Shown here piece after piece: positions 60,167 through 64,000 of a DNA stretch of 64,000 bases. The number at the start of each line of letters is the position of its first letter. Position 1 is the first letter of the stretch. Below the pieces are notes generated by a model that was not told the origin of the DNA, did no database searches, and worked only from the letters and a program-made list of their open reading frames with translations. A program made the translations under genes and the position numbers. Source of the stretch: Octopus sinensis (lineage: Eukaryota); the NCBI RefSeq assembly GCF_006345805.1, contig NW_021834674.1:8645-72644 (forward strand), given 5' to 3'.

Positions 60167-62885
60167 GTAAGTTCGTTCACTTTCTTGATACTATTTTCCG
60201 AAAGTAATAATTGATGCTGATATATAAGCTCACAATTGTATAATATTTCAGACTGAACTAAACAAATTTAATTCAAATTTGTAGAATGAACACGATTTAG
60301 GAATATACAAAGAGAATATGAGAGAGCGAGACAATGTGAAAGAAAGAGAGAGAATTTGAGAGAGAAAGTGAAATAATGGGAAAAATATAATGTTCCTTTA
60401 TTGTAGTTGCTTTGTTTCAATTCGCATCTCAATAACTCATTTTTGTTCCCCAAATTTCAATGATTTTGATATGAATTTGTATTAGAAATGGTAACGTTTG
60501 TGAGTTTACATGTTTGCATCAAATATTTTTAGCTGAAGTATATGTGTATGTTCATATATAAGTGTAGTTCTGTGTGAAATGTGACTATATCATTCCTTTA
60601 TTTTATATTTTACATCCTCCTCCATTTCTTATTTCAATATTCTCCTTCGTGTTTCGATATTATCATTCAACTTCGAATTTTGTCATTCACTTCACGTTAT
60701 TTATGTAATAGAGCAACTGAAGTGGAAGCGGAAAATATATATTCGAATAATATGGTCACATACATTCTATCTGTAAACTTGAAATACTTACTGTACTTGT
60801 AAGCTGGAATATTTGGCCTGATACAATTAAACTGCTGATATATTTCTTGTAAGCGTGTGTTTTCTAATATTCTTGTGACAATGAAGCGATATGAAATAAA
60901 TAATCTCTCTCACCATATTTCCACAAGGGTGAGTGGGAATATGTGTGATGTGAGTGTGCATACCGCATTCCGTCGTTGATACTATGAATATAAGAATGCG
61001 TATGAGTGCATTTGAATATGTTGATTTCTGATTCCGTATATTCCCTGATTTTTCTGCCGTGTCTTTTCGCCCAATATTTTTCATTCTATCCTTGAATTAT
61101 TTCCTGATATTTCGAAAATATTTTCAATTTCATCTTAAACACCATGATTTTCAATGTGTCTTCTTCTTCGTCTTCTTCTTCTTCTTCTTCTTCTTCTTCT
61201 TTTTGTTCTTTTTCTTATTCTACTTTTCCTTCTCTGCCTTTTTCATCATCTTTTTGTCATTTCGTCTTCTGCCTCCTTCCTCTTTTCTCTTCTTCTTCTT
61301 CTTTTCTTTCTTCCACTTCTACTTCATCTACTTCTTCTTCTTCTACTTCTCTTCTTTTCTTTTTCTTCTATTTCACCTCCTCCACCTCCTCCTCCTGGTC
61401 CTCCTCCTCCTCCTGGTCCTCCTCCTCCTCCTTGTTCTCCTCCTCCTCCTGGTCCTCCTCCTCCTCCTGGTCCCTCCTCCTCCCTCCTCTTCTAATTTTT
61501 TCTTATTATTATTCTTCATTTTCTTCTTTAAATTCTCTTCCCCCTCCACTCCGCCCCTCCTCCTCCTATTTCTTCTTGTAATTCTTTCTCCCCTCCTCTC
61601 CTGCTCCTTTTTCTTTTTTCTTCTTTTTCTTCTCCGTCTTCTTCTTCTTATTCTTCTTCTAGTTCTTCTTCTTCTTCTTCTTCTTCTTCTTCTACTTTCA
61701 ACTTCTTCATCAACCCTTCCTCCTCCTCCTCCTTCTTCTTATTCTTATTCTTATTCTTTTTCTTCTACACCTACTTTTTCCCTATCATCCCCTTCCTCCT
61801 CCTTTTTCCTCTTCCTCTTCTACTTCTTTTTTTCATCTTCTTTTTTTCTACCCAATCCTCTCCGCCCCTCTTCCTCATTTTTCTTCTTGTAATTCTCCTC
61901 CTCCCTTCCACTCCTGCTCCTTTTCTTCTTCTTCTGCTTCTTCTTCTAATTCTTCTTCTTCTTTTCCTCCTCCTCCTTCTTTTTCTTTTCTTCTTCTCAT
62001 TCTTGTATTTCTTTTTTTTCTTCTTATATTCTTCTTTTTCTTTCTACTTCTTTATCTACTTCTCCTCCTACCCCTCTTTCTTCTTCTTATATTCTTCTTT
62101 TTGTTATTTTCATCCTCCTCCTCCTCCTCCTTCATCTTCTTCTTCTTTTTCATCTTCTCCTACTTATTCTCCCCCTTCATACTCCTACTCCTCCTCCTTT
62201 TTCCTCCTCTTCCTTCTTCTTCTTCTTCTTCTTCTACATCTTCTCCTCCTCCTCCTTCTCCTTCTTAACTTCTGTTTTTGTTATTCTCTTTCTCCTTCTC
62301 CTCCTCCTCCTCCTCCTTCTTCTTCTTCTTCTTCTTTTTCATGCTTCAAATTCTTCTACGTCTTCTTCTTCTTGTACTTCCCTTCCTTCTTCTTGCAATT
62401 CTTCTTCTTCCCCTCCCCCTCCTCATCCTCCTTCTTTTTCGTCTTCTTCTTCTTCTTCTTCTTCTCCTTTTCTTCTCCTTCTTCTTCTCCTTCTTCTTCT
62501 TCTCCTTTCTTCTTTCTACTTCTTCATCTACTTCTCCTCCTCCTCTTCCTCGTCTTTCTTATTCTTATCTTCTTCTTCTTGTTATTCTCTTCCTCCTCCT
62601 CCTCCCCCTCCTTCTTCTTCTTTTACTTTTTCTCCTACATCTTCTTCCCTTTTATCAGCCTCCTCCTCCTTTTTCCTCCTATTCCTTCTTGCTCTTCTTT
62701 TTCTTCTACCTCTTCTCCTTTCTTCTTCTAATTCTTCTTCGCCTCCTCCTCTTCCTTCTTCTTCTTCCTTTTCTTCTTCGTTATCTTTCTTCTTTTTCTT
62801 CCTTTCATTCTGAAGTCACAGTGTTTGATGTTGTATCACAAATATTTTCCATATAATCTATTTTACTCTTTCTTTACTGCTATAG

Positions 62886-62957
62886 ATATCTTGGTTCCAA
62901 CAGCATTCCAACCATCAATGAAGGTGCATTTACGGGGCTTTCAAATTTAAAACAATT
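62886..62957 (+). CDS. LRR exon E5 (72 nt): (L)YLGSNSIPTINEGAFTGLSNLKQ(L)
   Basis: Same acceptor and donor context, open frame, phase 2-2. Confidence 0.92.
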
Positions 62958-63493
62958 GTAAGTTCGTTCAGTTTCTTGATACTATTTTCCGAAAGTAATA
63001 ATTGATGCTGATATATAAGCTCACAAATGTATAAAATTTCAGACTGCGCCAAACAAAATCAATTCGAATTTGTAGAATGAACACGATTTAGGAAGATACA
63101 AAGAGAATAGGAGAGAGCGAGACAATGTGAAAGAAAGAGAGAGAATTTGAGAGAGAAAATGAAATAATAGGAAAAATATAATGTTCCTTTATTGTAGTTG
63201 CTTTGTATCAATTCGCATCTCAATAACTCAGTTTTGTTCCACAAATTTCAATGATTTTGATATGAATTTGTATTAGAAATGGTAACGTTTGTGAGTTTAC
63301 ATGTTTGCATCAAATATTTTTAGCTGAAGTATATGTGTATGTTCATATATAAGTGTAGTTCTGTGTGAAATATGAATATATTATTCCTTTATTTTATATT
63401 TTGCATCCTCCTCCATTTCTTATTTCAATATTCTCCTTCGTGTTTCGATATTATCACACAATTTCGAATTTTATCATTCACTTCACGTTATTT

Positions 63494-64000
63494 ATAATAA
63501 TAATAATAATAATAATAATTGTGTACAGTGCTCAGGTGCACTACAACTCATCTAAAGTGTATATATAATCAGGTGTAGTTTCGGCGGATTTCGGAAAGCA
63601 TGAGGGCCTTAAAAGATGCAGTGTCATGGCAGTCAACAACTGACGCAGGCAGTTTATTCCATGCTTCAGCAACTCTGAGCGTGAAAAAATGTTTCCGAAA
63701 GTCATGGGAGCTGTATTGTTTTCTGACTTTGTAGGCATGTCCACGTGTGTTAGACACATGGAGATCAAAAACGTGTTCAGTGTTGTTGTTGGTGAGGTGG
63801 TTGATAACTTTGTGGGTGTTTACCAAGTCCGTCGCCAAACGCCGGAGCTTCAGTGAATCCATGCCCAGGGAATCAAGGCGCTCAGAATATGGTAGGTGTC
63901 TGATGGAGGGTATGCGTTTGGTTGCACGTCTCTGGACAGATTCCAGGAGGTCAATGTTCTGTGCAAGATAGGGGTTCCAAACTGATGATGCGAATTCCAA
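63494..64000 (-). mobile_element. 3' end of a CR1-type LINE, antisense, in the intron after E5
   Basis: FASSVWNPY...LESVQRRATK...LKLRRLATDL...TRGH...FFTLRVAEAWNKLP, followed by an (ATT)n tail. It interrupts the conserved intron right after cttcacgttattta. Confidence 0.9.

Larger units (their letters stand above)
55640..62810 (+). repeat. Three homologous (CTT/CCT)n tracts of about 1.6 kb (about 55640-57250, 58390-60020, 61160-62810), each following about 1 kb of conserved intron
   Basis: Shared landmarks in the same order: cctcctggtcctcctcctcc, ccccctccactccgcccctcct, ctacccaatcctctccgcccct, ttttatcagcctcc. Confidence 0.9.

Noticed and set aside
48491-62856. Many long ORFs (up to 553 aa) of poly-S/F/L or poly-E/K/R
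   Set aside because: These are translations of (CTT/CCT)n tracts, which lack stop codons in most frames. They lie in introns of the LRR gene.
47753-63244. Recurrent ORFs MGNKNELLRCEL..., MTILFLYF... and MAEKSGNIRNQ... in each module
   Set aside because: They recur only because the intron is duplicated. Copies show frameshifts and differing stops, and there is no domain similarity.

Overview
AT-rich, microsatellite-laden animal genomic DNA, most likely Octopus (inferred from the SINE families; not database-checked). The only well-supported host gene is the 5' part of a + strand extracellular leucine-rich-repeat (LRR) protein. It has a signal peptide/LRRNT exon (CDS 43907-44097) followed by five 72-nt, phase-2, one-LRR exons (47580, 54574, 57326, 60095, 62886), and it probably continues past the window end. 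Each exon sits in a near-identical exon+intron module with long (CTT/CCT)n tracts; the last four modules are about 2.8 kb. The exons are almost invariant except at the exposed x positions of LxxLxLxxNxL, the concave ligand-binding face, and they are mosaic relative to their introns. This is the most interesting signal: a candidate diversified recognition receptor. Upstream, 12.5-36.7 kb holds a second array of about 2.9-3.1 kb SINE-rich units (six copies, two partial, one hybrid) that may hide a small three-exon ORF (low confidence). The rest is decayed or nested transposable elements: two CR1-type LINEs, hAT-Tip100 and hAT-Charlie, a solo LTR, mariner, Tx1-like L1, Dong/R4 fragments, Penelope remnants including a type I hammerhead ribozyme fold, two MITEs and many SINEs. 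Most ORFs in the supplied track are microsatellite artefacts. All alignments were done by eye; repeat boundaries are approximate unless termini or target-site duplications (TSDs) are quoted.
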